Below are positions 56,288 through 64,000 of a stretch of 64,000 nucleotides of DNA, piece by piece; position 1 is the first letter of the stretch; each line of letters begins with the position of its first letter. Below the pieces are notes generated by a model. That model searched no databases. It was not told the DNA's origin and saw nothing but the letters and a program-made list of their open reading frames with translations. Both the position numbers and the translations under genes were made by a program. Origin of the DNA: Bdellovibrionales bacterium (GTDB lineage: Bacteria > Bdellovibrionota > Bdellovibrionia > Bdellovibrionales > UBA1609); NCBI GenBank assembly GCA_965203785.1, contig OZ241911.1, forward strand, positions 672,540 to 736,539. Direction: 5' to 3'.

Positions 56288-56842
56288 ATGGCGATTTATG
56301 TTCCCGGTAAAAGAGATCGAAGAGGTGTGCGTGCAGGTGCCAAGAGGAATGTTGTAGCTGTTTTACAGTTAACGGCAATGGTGGATATGTTCACCGTTTT
56401 AGTGGTTTTTTTACTTCAAAACTATGCTTCCACTAATCAAATTTTACCTATATCTGATCAAATCGCTTTACCAGAAGCAACTTCAGTTAAAGAACTTAAG
56501 CCATCTTTTGTAGTTGTGTTATCCAAAAAAGACTTATCTTTTAACGATAAAAAAGTGGTTTCTTTTAAACAAGTTAAAAAAGCTTCTAATTGGTTAATTT
56601 CTCCTTTGTTTGAGGTTGTAAAAAAAGAGATTGAGCAAGTTAATAAAACAGAATCTTTACCTCAAGAGACAGAACAAAACAAAGCTCTTTCCAAAAAATA
56701 TAAAATGACCTTGCAAGTAGATAAAGATATTGCCTTTTTACCTGTTAAGAAGATTCTCTACACTCTCACTCAAGCAGGTGTGCAAGAAATCAATTTTGCT
56801 GTAATTAAGGTGAAAGCAGAAGATAAATATCATTTACTCTAA
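56288..56842 (+). CDS. ExbD/TolR family protein (second copy)
   Basis: LQLTAMVDMFTVLVVFLL TM with conserved Asp. Immediately follows the first ExbD/TolR gene. Confidence 0.8.
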   Translation: MAIYVPGKRDRRGVRAGAKRNVVAVLQLTAMVDMFTVLVVFLLQNYASTNQILPISDQIALPEATSVKELKPSFVVVLSKKDLSFNDKKVVSFKQVKKASNWLISPLFEVVKKEIEQVNKTESLPQETEQNKALSKKYKMTLQVDKDIAFLPVKKILYTLTQAGVQEINFAVIKVKAEDKYHLL

Positions 56843-56855
56843 TGAGTAAATTGAA

Positions 56856-58040
56856 TTAACTTTTTACAAAACTCTTGAAAGCTTTTTTAATTTTTTTACT
56901 TGGGAACATTTGAGGATCCATAGTGTGGAGGCTAAGTGCTAAAGCTTTTAGACCCTTTATTAAATTTTTTTTAGCAGTTGTAATTCCTAGATGTGTTGTC
57001 AGATGACCAATACGCAAAATTCGACCTTTAAGTTTACCTTGTCCACCTGCTAAAATAACTCGATATTTTTTTTGTATATGATCTTTAAGTTGAACTCCAT
57101 TAATATGTGCAGGGATTGTAATAGCTGTTACAGATGGAGAAGGTGGATGAGAAAAAATTTTTAAATTCAATTTGTTACAAAACTGTTGGGTGATTTGAGA
57201 GAGTTGTTGAGTGTGTTGAAATTTTTTATAAATTATTGATTTTTTTTGAGTATAAGATAGCTCATCAACTAATGCTCTAATATAAGAAACATTGGCACTA
57301 AAAGCTGTTTGATTTTTAGTTTGTGCCATTTTTTCTTTTTTTAAGTTTAAATAGTAGACGGGTAATTGAGAGCTTTGGTTAAATTTCCAAGCTTTTTTAG
57401 ATAAAGATATAAAGGACATACCAGCTGGAAGACCAAAAGATTTTTGAGATCCTGCAATTAAGACATCAATACCCCACTGATCCATATTAATATTAACAGC
57501 TCCTAAAGCAGAAATAGCATCTACAATAAATAAAATGTTTGGCTTTTTTTTTGTTAAATTTGCCAGTTCTTTTATAGGGTGATAGACACCTGTGCTGGTT
57601 TCACAAGCTTGTATGAGTAAGGCTTTAATGTGAGGGTTTTTTTTAAGAGCTGTTTTTACTTTTTGAATTGTAACAGCTTGTCCATAAGGGATACGAAGTA
57701 TTTGTGTTTTTAGCTGATAAGTTTTAGCTATGTCTGCCCATCTTTCGCCAAATCGTCCGGCTGAAACAACCAAAACACTATCTTTTTTTGACAAGGTATT
57801 GAGTAAAGCTGCAGACATGGCACCCGTACCAGAAGCATTTAGCACTAAGACGGGTTGTTGAGTTTGAAAAATTTTTTTTAAATATGTTTTGAGTTTTAAA
57901 AACAAGCTTGAAAATTCAGCACTTCGGTGATGAATCATAGCGTGACCCAATATTTTAGACGCTATTGGACGAATTGGCACCGGACCAGGAGTTAGCAAAA
58001 TATCAGAAGTGGCATTATGAGAGCTGTTTTTTTTAGGCAT
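56856..58040 (-). CDS. class V PLP-dependent aminotransferase (serine/alanine-glyoxylate aminotransferase family)
   Basis: LTPGPVPI N-terminus, SGTGAMSAAL, and the PLP-lysine context GSQKSFGLPAGMSF. Confidence 0.85.
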   Translation of the reverse strand: MPKKNSSHNATSDILLTPGPVPIRPIASKILGHAMIHHRSAEFSSLFLKLKTYLKKIFQTQQPVLVLNASGTGAMSAALLNTLSKKDSVLVVSAGRFGERWADIAKTYQLKTQILRIPYGQAVTIQKVKTALKKNPHIKALLIQACETSTGVYHPIKELANLTKKKPNILFIVDAISALGAVNINMDQWGIDVLIAGSQKSFGLPAGMSFISLSKKAWKFNQSSQLPVYYLNLKKEKMAQTKNQTAFSANVSYIRALVDELSYTQKKSIIYKKFQHTQQLSQITQQFCNKLNLKIFSHPPSPSVTAITIPAHINGVQLKDHIQKKYRVILAGGQGKLKGRILRIGHLTTHLGITTAKKNLIKGLKALALSLHTMDPQMFPSKKIKKAFKSFVKS

Positions 58041-58151
58041 TATTTTTTTAATCTAATGTATTTTTTTTAGTTTGTCATTTCTTTCAGATTATCATTATAC
58101 TTCAAACAAAAAATATTGAGTACTTGTAAAGATTGAGGGTGTTGTAAAACT

Positions 58152-59216
58152 ATGTCGAAAGCTTTGACTTTAAAACAATTATTCATGAAGCTCACTAAAG
58201 GGGAAATATCTCCTTTATATTTCATTATGGGACCAGAAATTTTTTTAGTGCAAGAGAGTTTAAAGATTATTCAATCTCATGTATTATCCACTTCTGCTTA
58301 TGATTTTAATTATGAAGTGTTTCGAGTAGGTGTAGTAAGAGCAGAGACAATACGAACTGCTGTAGAAACTTTGCCCGTGTTGTCTAAAAAAAGGATGGTA
58401 GTTTGTGAGTTTGCACAAAGCTTTACAGAAAGCGATTGGCGAATAATAGAGCCACTTTTAAAAACTCCCATCAAAACTTGTGTAGTAGTTTTTATATCTT
58501 CATCTGAAGATAAGAGAAAAAAAATAATTAAGAAACTACTGTCTTCTTGTGCATTAATTTCTGCTCAAACACCTAAAGAAAGCGAATGGTCGGTTTGGAT
58601 TCAGTGGATGGGTCAAAAGCACGGGCTTTCTTTTTCTCCACAAGCTATAGAGCTGTTAAAACAACAATCGGGTCATCATTTAATGAATTTAAAAAACGAG
58701 ATTGGTAAAATCAAAAATTTTTTAGGCGACAAAAAACAAATTTCAGCTGAAGATGTTTTAAGCATTGTGCCTCGCACTCGACCAGAAAACATATTCGCTT
58801 TATCAAAAGCCATTGGTCAGCAAAATTTATCATCTGCTTTAATATGTTTAAAAAATTTATTAGAAGATAATCAAAACGAATTAGGAGCATTGGCTTTAAT
58901 TACTCGCCACATTCGGATTTTAATTAGAGTGAAAGAAGGAGTTAACAAAAAATGGAATGTAAAAACAATTATTCAAAAAACAGGATTACCTTTTTTTATT
59001 GTAAATGATTACATTAAAGAATCTCATTTATGGACACAAAAAAAGTTATTATTTGTTTTATCTGAACTATTAAATACAGATCAGGCTTTAAAAGTGTTTC
59101 CCATTTCTTCGGCTATTTTGTTGGAGAATTTTATTATCAAAACTTGCTCTATTAACAAAAAACGGGGTTTTTTGTTTGACAATTTACAAAAAAACACCGA
59201 ATATTTATTAAAATGA
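58152..59216 (+). CDS. holA: DNA polymerase III delta subunit
   Basis: N-terminal pattern ISPLYFIMGPEIFLVQESL and overall ~350-aa helical architecture typical of HolA. Confidence 0.75.
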   Translation: MSKALTLKQLFMKLTKGEISPLYFIMGPEIFLVQESLKIIQSHVLSTSAYDFNYEVFRVGVVRAETIRTAVETLPVLSKKRMVVCEFAQSFTESDWRIIEPLLKTPIKTCVVVFISSSEDKRKKIIKKLLSSCALISAQTPKESEWSVWIQWMGQKHGLSFSPQAIELLKQQSGHHLMNLKNEIGKIKNFLGDKKQISAEDVLSIVPRTRPENIFALSKAIGQQNLSSALICLKNLLEDNQNELGALALITRHIRILIRVKEGVNKKWNVKTIIQKTGLPFFIVNDYIKESHLWTQKKLLFVLSELLNTDQALKVFPISSAILLENFIIKTCSINKKRGFLFDNLQKNTEYLLK

Positions 59217-59243
59217 TTTATAAAAACCGAATTATTCCCATTT
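59038..59243 (+). repeat. direct repeat copy A (~205 bp: last ~59 codons of holA plus the first ~10 codons of the ATPase gene)
   Basis: Aligned by eye with 61711-61915. Only a 1-nt A-run length difference and a few substitutions near the right end. Confidence 0.9.
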
Positions 59244-60373
59244 CAAACCAAAAAAACCTGTTTTTATTTGGTGTCAGGGGCAGTGGCAAAACGGAGCTTT
59301 TAAAGAGATGTTATCCTGAGGCTCTTTACATTGATCTTTTAGATGAGTCTTTGTATCAGAGTTATCTTTCCAAAGTGGATTTATTTTATAAAACAGTCAA
59401 TGCTTACAGAGATAATGGTTTAGTGATAGTGGATGAGATTCAAAGAATGCCTCGTTTATTAAATGAGGTGCATCGCTTAATTTCATCTTCTAGAAGGCGA
59501 TTTATTCTCACTGGATCTAGTGTGCGTCAAATGAATGCCAAAAAAGTTAATCTTTTAGGTGGTCGGGCTGGAAAAATTATTCTACATCCCTTTGTTCCAG
59601 AAGAGTTAGGAGAGGGGTTTGATTTAAACCAAGCTCTTTGTTATGGCTTAATTCCTATTATATGGTCTTCTGCGGATCCAATTGACAAATTAAAAGATTA
59701 CACTACAACTTACCTTAAAGAAGATATTAAAGCGGAAGCTTTAGTTCGTCAGTTACCTGGTTTTGCTCGATTTTTAGAAGTGGCTGGCTTATGTCATGGG
59801 CAAATTGTGAATATGAATTCTATTGCCAGAGATGCTGAACTTTCTAGGCACTATGTTCGTGATTTTTTCTCTATTCTAGAAGATACTAATATAGGTTTCT
59901 TTGTTTCGGCGTATTCTTCACACTTGAGAATAAAAGAAAAAAAAAGCTCTAAATTTTATCTTATTGATCCCGGGTTAGTTCGTGCTTTTAAAGGTTATTT
60001 TGGACCTCCTGTGGTTGCTGAAGAAAAAGGGTTTCTTTTTGAGGGATTGATAGCCCAAATTTTAAGAGCTTATAAAGATTATCGAGAACTTTATTCAGAT
60101 ATTTACTATTGGTCTCCTGCTGAAACTAAACTTACAGAAGTGGATTTTCTATTAAAAAAAGGTGATGAGTTAGTAGCTATAGAAGTTAAAGCCAAACAGC
60201 AGGTTTCCTCTGTAGATTACAGAGGATTGCGGGCGATTAGCAAATTAATACCTCAAGTTAAAAGGCGAATTGTAGTTTATATGGGAAAGATTGTTTTAAA
60301 AACAGAAGAAGGTATTGAAATATGGCCTTTGGATTTTTTTTGTCAGAATTTAAAAAAATCTTGTTTCTTTTAA
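59213..60373 (+). CDS. AAA_14-type ATPase with C-terminal DUF4143 / PD-(D/E)xK-like motif (paralog of 24480-25616)
   Basis: LFLFGVRGSGKTELL, VIVDEIQRMPRLLNEVHRL, ILTGSSVRQM..LLGGRA, EVDFLLKKGDELVAIEVKAK. The ATG overlaps the holA stop (ATGA). Confidence 0.8.
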   Translation: MIYKNRIIPISNQKNLFLFGVRGSGKTELLKRCYPEALYIDLLDESLYQSYLSKVDLFYKTVNAYRDNGLVIVDEIQRMPRLLNEVHRLISSSRRRFILTGSSVRQMNAKKVNLLGGRAGKIILHPFVPEELGEGFDLNQALCYGLIPIIWSSADPIDKLKDYTTTYLKEDIKAEALVRQLPGFARFLEVAGLCHGQIVNMNSIARDAELSRHYVRDFFSILEDTNIGFFVSAYSSHLRIKEKKSSKFYLIDPGLVRAFKGYFGPPVVAEEKGFLFEGLIAQILRAYKDYRELYSDIYYWSPAETKLTEVDFLLKKGDELVAIEVKAKQQVSSVDYRGLRAISKLIPQVKRRIVVYMGKIVLKTEEGIEIWPLDFFCQNLKKSCFF

Positions 60374-60414
60374 TTTTTTATAATTTACGCAATTATTATT
60401 TTGTCACATTTTTT

Positions 60415-61128
60415 TTAGCGTAATATTTTCATATAAACATAACCAGGTCGTCTGGATAGATTAAAAGTGTCAATATACTTAATTTGCTTTTCATCTGTAA
60501 CTAAAGTTGTAGCCTTTGCTATAGCTTGTGCTACAATACCTTTTTTTAACTTTGTCTCCCAAAATGGATGAATAATAATTACATTCTTTTCGCCAATAGA
60601 AAAACCAGATAGAGGACCAAAATCTTTTTTAGAACAGTTTGAAAAACTACTACAAAAATTATCTCTCAAGCTTTTTGATTGTTCTTTCCAGCCCTGTAAT
60701 TCATAACTAGAAAAATTACTATCAGAACCACACTTATAATCTAAACTAATAAAAGTTTTTAATAAAGATATAGCTAAACGCCAATCTAACAAACCATGAT
60801 AGTTAATATTACGATAAGCTTTTAGACAATCATGGCAAGAAGTATCACATTTTTTGATATGCTTTTCAGAGTAAAGATTTTTTATGAAGGAACTTTTATT
60901 CGGCTCTATTACTTCTCTTAATAGTTCTTCAATTCTTTTTTCTATCTCTGTAGAAAAACCAGCACCATTTGGTAGATGATCATTTAATCGAATTTCTGCA
61001 CCATAGATTTTATTTTGAATTTGTTTTTGCACAATATTCCCTATATCTAATTCTTCAGGATCAATATCTAAATTCTCTGTTACTAAAGCTCTTAACAAAA
61101 AAGCTGCAGAATAATAAGCTCCTTTCAT
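60415..61128 (-). pseudogene. C-terminal fragment of a DUF1998/MZB-domain protein (helicase-associated defence-type protein)
   Basis: Cys cluster KKCDTSCHDCLKAYRNINYHGLLDWRLAISLL fits the DUF1998 Zn-binding CxxxCxxC...N..H..LD motif. At only 237 aa it lacks the N-terminal bulk expected for such proteins. Confidence 0.55.
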
Positions 61129-61157
61129 AGCAGAATGTTTTTTGTTTAGAGCTAAAT

Positions 61158-61607
61158 TCAGTTTTTATCTTTCAGTGACCAATCTTGCAAATTATCCCAT
61201 AATTCTAATGTAGATTTGAAATGAGTGGTTGAAATATGTTCATTCACAATAGTATTGAGTCTTCCATAATAATTATTTGTAGAAAAATCATCGCTATCTC
61301 CATGATTTACTGCTAAAACAAACAAAGCTAAATAGGCAATATACGGAGGATACTCAAAAGATCCTTCTTTATTATCTCTCCATTTTTTAAATACAGCAGA
61401 AGCTTTACCACAAGTTGTTTGCCCTGAACGAGTTATCCAATTAGGACCTTTTTTGAGATTTTCTATAAAGTTATTAGGATCTACATTATTGTCTTGTGCA
61501 ATTTTATTTATTAGTTCTTGCTCTACAGAAAACCAAACTCGCGTCCCTGCTTTTTCTGGATTAAAAAAATACTCAGCAATTTTGTTATTCCATTTGATAT
61601 AATTCAA
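61158..61607 (-). pseudogene. 149-aa N-terminal-looking ORF, possibly the 5' remnant of the same decayed gene
   Basis: Same strand, ending 29 nt upstream of the DUF1998 fragment. No recognisable catalytic motif. Interpretation as a remnant is inference. Confidence 0.35.
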
Positions 61608-61710
61608 ATTATCATCTTTTCTTGAAATTTATTTTTTTTATTTTATTAGGTAACGAAAAAACCTATCGGCAGAGAACTGGAAGGACTTTAACAATATTAA
61701 TTTTTTAATT

Positions 61711-61915
61711 AAAAAAAGTTATTATTTGTTTTATCTGAACTATTAAATACAGATCAGGCTTTAAAAGTGTTTCCCATTTCTTCGGCTATTTTGTTGGAGA
61801 ATTTTATTATCAAAACTTGCTCTATTAACAAAAAACGGGGTTTTTTGTTTGACAATTTACAAAAAACACCGAATATTTATTAAAATGATTTATAAAAACC
61901 AGATTATTTCCATTG
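61711..61915 (+). repeat. direct repeat copy B (duplicate of the holA 3' end plus ATPase start)
   Basis: Near-identical to 59038-59243. Here the ATPase start continues as only MIYKNQIISIVA-stop. Confidence 0.9.
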
Positions 61916-61982
61916 TTGCTTAAAAAAACTCATAATTTACAGTTTGTTGAACTACTTAAAAAAACAACTGTGTGAAAAAGTT

Positions 61983-62176
61983 ATGGGAAAGGGAGGGCAA
62001 AATTGAGTTTCGGATTTGTTCGAAAGATGATTGAATATTGACCTTTCGAACAAAACGTATGTCTGAAATTTTGCCCTTTCTTTACCATAGCTTCTTGCTA
62101 CTTTGCCGATAGTTTGCCCTTTCTTTCCTATGGCTTGCTACTTTGCCGATAGTTTGTTTCTTTACCATAATCTTAG
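61983..62176. repeat. composite element: ~45-bp imperfect inverted repeat (61983-62026 / 62043-62088) overlapping 2.5 tandem ~40-bp direct repeats (62070-62176)
   Basis: Perfect sub-stems TTGTTCGAAAG/CTTTCGAACAA and GGGCAAAATT/AATTTTGCCC. Direct repeats TTTGCCCTTTCTTTACCATAGCTTCTTGCTACTTTGCCGATAG, TTTGCCCTTTCTTTCCTATGGCTTGCTACTTTGCCGATAG and TTTGTTTCTTTACCATAATCTTAG. Confidence 0.7.
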
Positions 62177-62268
62177 TTGTTACTTAAAAAAACTAATTAT
62201 TTTGTAAATTTTTCAAAAAGTGTAAAAGTTATTTTCAATATACTGCTAAACAATTTAAGATAGCTCTT

Positions 62269-62994
62269 ATGATTAAAAAATATCTCTTATTGTACACAGT
62301 AGTTTGTCAGAGCTTAGCAATCTCCCAGCCACTAATCTCTAATGATAAGTGTGAATACACCAATAAAAAATACGGAGTATTCTCTTATGAAAACCAATAC
62401 ACTTTACTCCCTTGGGAGAATTACCCTTGGGGGGTTTGCTTAGAAAGCTTTGATCTAACAGACAAAGAAAAAGAATGGACCAGATTGGCTATGAGATTTT
62501 GGAACGAAGGCTATAAAAAATATGCAAAAAAAAGAGCAACTGAAATACCTCAATTAAAAGATTACAAAATTTTATTTATTGAAACTTGCGATAAAACTAC
62601 CCGCAACATTATAGATGTTAAGAAAGCTTACCTATCTTGGGAAGCAGGTCGTTATGTAGAAGAAAACACATTTGCGAGGTGGAAATTAGAAAGAGAAGTT
62701 TCTTTATTTAAAAAAAGCTGTAGTTGGGAAATAGAGTTTTTGGGGAGTATTGAATTGCAAAACAGGTATGAGTGGTCGTCTCACTTCTTTTTAAATGTCA
62801 TGATGCACGAATTAGGGCATGCTTTGGGGATACCTCATCTTCCACCATGGGCTTATTTCTCACAGGAAAACACACTAATTATGTACGACCAAGTGGCACA
62901 TACGCCTTGCAATCAGAAAAGGCAGACTTGCAAGTTAAAAGATGTTGATTTTGATGCTTTTCTTAATGTTTATAAACTATTTAAAAATAAATAG
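62269..62994 (+). CDS. metzincin-like zinc metalloprotease, close paralog of 31637-32638
   Basis: HELGHALGIPHLPPW (HExxHxxGxxH) and LIMYD Met-turn-like motif. The N-terminal block ENYPWGVCLESFDLTDKEKEWTR...WNEGYKKYAKKR..EIPQLK...LFIETC matches 45 of 58 residues aligned by eye to the 31637 protein. Confidence 0.75.
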   Translation: MIKKYLLLYTVVCQSLAISQPLISNDKCEYTNKKYGVFSYENQYTLLPWENYPWGVCLESFDLTDKEKEWTRLAMRFWNEGYKKYAKKRATEIPQLKDYKILFIETCDKTTRNIIDVKKAYLSWEAGRYVEENTFARWKLEREVSLFKKSCSWEIEFLGSIELQNRYEWSSHFFLNVMMHELGHALGIPHLPPWAYFSQENTLIMYDQVAHTPCNQKRQTCKLKDVDFDAFLNVYKLFKNK

Positions 62995-63100
62995 TGCAAA
63001 CAATACATACAATAATATAAAAAATACAATAATTTAAGACAAATACATATTTTGTAATTGGTTTGTGATACATATAATAAGGAGATAAGGAGAAAATAAA

Positions 63101-64000
63101 ATGAAGATTTTTTTAATATTGTTGTTATTTCCAGTTATGGGATTTGTATTACAAGCTAAGGGTTTGCCAGTTTTTATTGTTGGTGAAAATCATACAAATT
63201 CTTCACATGAAACTCTACAAAATAAGTTTATACAACAAAGTGGTTCTGGGAAAATATTTTTTGCTAGCGAAGGTTTTAGCCCTGCTACAGGCAGAAAAGT
63301 TAGTGTAAATCGTCCAGAATCTCGTTTTTTTGGGATAGAAGATGAAATTTTAAGAAGTATGGGTATATTTTTAAAGGAGTATATATTGTTGCATGGAAAA
63401 CAAAAAGATAAAGATATTGGAAACCAGGAGCTTAGGCGTATTTTTTCTTTAGCAGAAGAAATAGATGACCGTATACTATTGATAGCTTTAAAAAATTTAG
63501 ATATAAAAATATCAGATCTAACACATAATCAAGATTTTGACACAAAAACAATAAAAAAAATAGCTCAGGAAATGTCTCGAATTGCCAGAGAGGGACAATT
63601 ACTCCAGACTAATCTTATAGACATATATGATGCCACAATTAGTAATCCAGAAAATTATGATTTAGATGAGTTTGTAAAAACTTTTCTTGTAGAGGCAAGA
63701 AGTAAAGCTTTTTTAAAAAATATTTTTCCAATATATGAGCAAGCTTTAAAAGAAAACAAACCACTCGTAATCTATGTAGGAGGTAGACATCTCGATGTTT
63801 TGCATAAACTTCTTAAAGAAGAAGATATAAAAGTTTCGACAGTTGATTTACGATATTTGTCTGACAAAGAGCTTTCGGACTGGGTAGAAGGTATAAAAGA
63901 TGCACAGGCAGAAAAGCATATTCTAGAAAAAGATATGAAGAAATATGCAGAAAAAGTGGAACTAAAAAAAAAAGAGATTATGAGTTCGGTTATGAGTTCG
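63101..64000 (+). CDS. hypothetical secreted protein, 5' part (runs off window end)
   Basis: Not in the ORF track. My translation from ATG 63101 (RBS AAGGAGA upstream) is MKIFLILLLFPVMGFVLQAKGLPVFIVGENHTNSSHETLQNKF... It stays open for all 300 codons to the window end. Confidence 0.6.
   Translation, partial: MKIFLILLLFPVMGFVLQAKGLPVFIVGENHTNSSHETLQNKFIQQSGSGKIFFASEGFSPATGRKVSVNRPESRFFGIEDEILRSMGIFLKEYILLHGKQKDKDIGNQELRRIFSLAEEIDDRILLIALKNLDIKISDLTHNQDFDTKTIKKIAQEMSRIAREGQLLQTNLIDIYDATISNPENYDLDEFVKTFLVEARSKAFLKNIFPIYEQALKENKPLVIYVGGRHLDVLHKLLKEEDIKVSTVDLRYLSDKELSDWVEGIKDAQAEKHILEKDMKKYAEKVELKKKEIMSSVMSS

Overview
Visibly AT-rich bacterial chromosomal window. The gene content (Agl/Glt-like gliding cluster, FHA-sigma54 activator, System II cytochrome c assembly) suggests a Bdellovibrio/Oligoflexia-like organism; this is inference only. 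1-13.9 kb holds core genes: the 5' end of a 2-oxoacid dehydrogenase E2, a split comEC, a LysM protein, ftsW-murG-murC-murB, ybeY, murJ, rpsT, a lipoprotein and a 3-hydroxyacyl-CoA dehydrogenase. 13.9-27.3 kb is a complete type II-B CRISPR-Cas locus. In order it contains a 1720-aa Cas9, cas1, cas2, cas4, a solo MazE/AbrB antitoxin-like gene, a minus-strand tracrRNA, and a 37-repeat/36-spacer array (37-bp repeat, predicted to be transcribed right-to-left). I located the tracrRNA by eye: an anti-repeat plus a tail closely resembling the Francisella novicida tracrRNA scaffold. After the array come an ATPase-nuclease (AAA_14/DUF4143-type) gene, a gene stub, a Fic gene and a near-intact orphan CRISPR repeat 2.9 kb past the array. 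The most interesting non-obvious signals in this locus are: (1) the orphan repeat, a scaRNA/solo-crRNA or anti-repeat RNA candidate; (2) two tandem copies of the repeat 5' half right after cas4; (3) a decayed repeat+flank upstream of cas9 that matches the orphan-repeat flank, so the whole cassette is bracketed; (4) two exactly duplicated spacers; (5) an extended -10-like motif inside every repeat. 27.3-34.2 kb is an accessory island of secreted proteins (metzincin-like proteases, a small Gly-rich membrane-protein family, a Cys-rich lipoprotein, a pentapeptide-repeat protein), with a 29-copy heptanucleotide and a 6-copy hexanucleotide microsatellite in front of two genes. 34.3-45 kb holds the tldD-pmbA operon, a CcsA-type cytochrome c assembly protein, an FHA-sigma54 activator, an Omp85-like protein and pyrG. 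45-56.8 kb is a gliding-motility-like (Agl/Glt) cluster. 56.9-64 kb holds an aminotransferase and holA, then a ~2.5-kb insertion bounded by ~205-bp direct repeats that carries a second ATPase-nuclease paralog and remnants of a DUF1998/MZB-type defence gene. It is followed by an inverted/direct-repeat element, a third metzincin paralog and a partial secreted-protein gene. All calls come from reading the sequence and ORF translations. No database search or computation was run, and comparisons with F. novicida are from memory.
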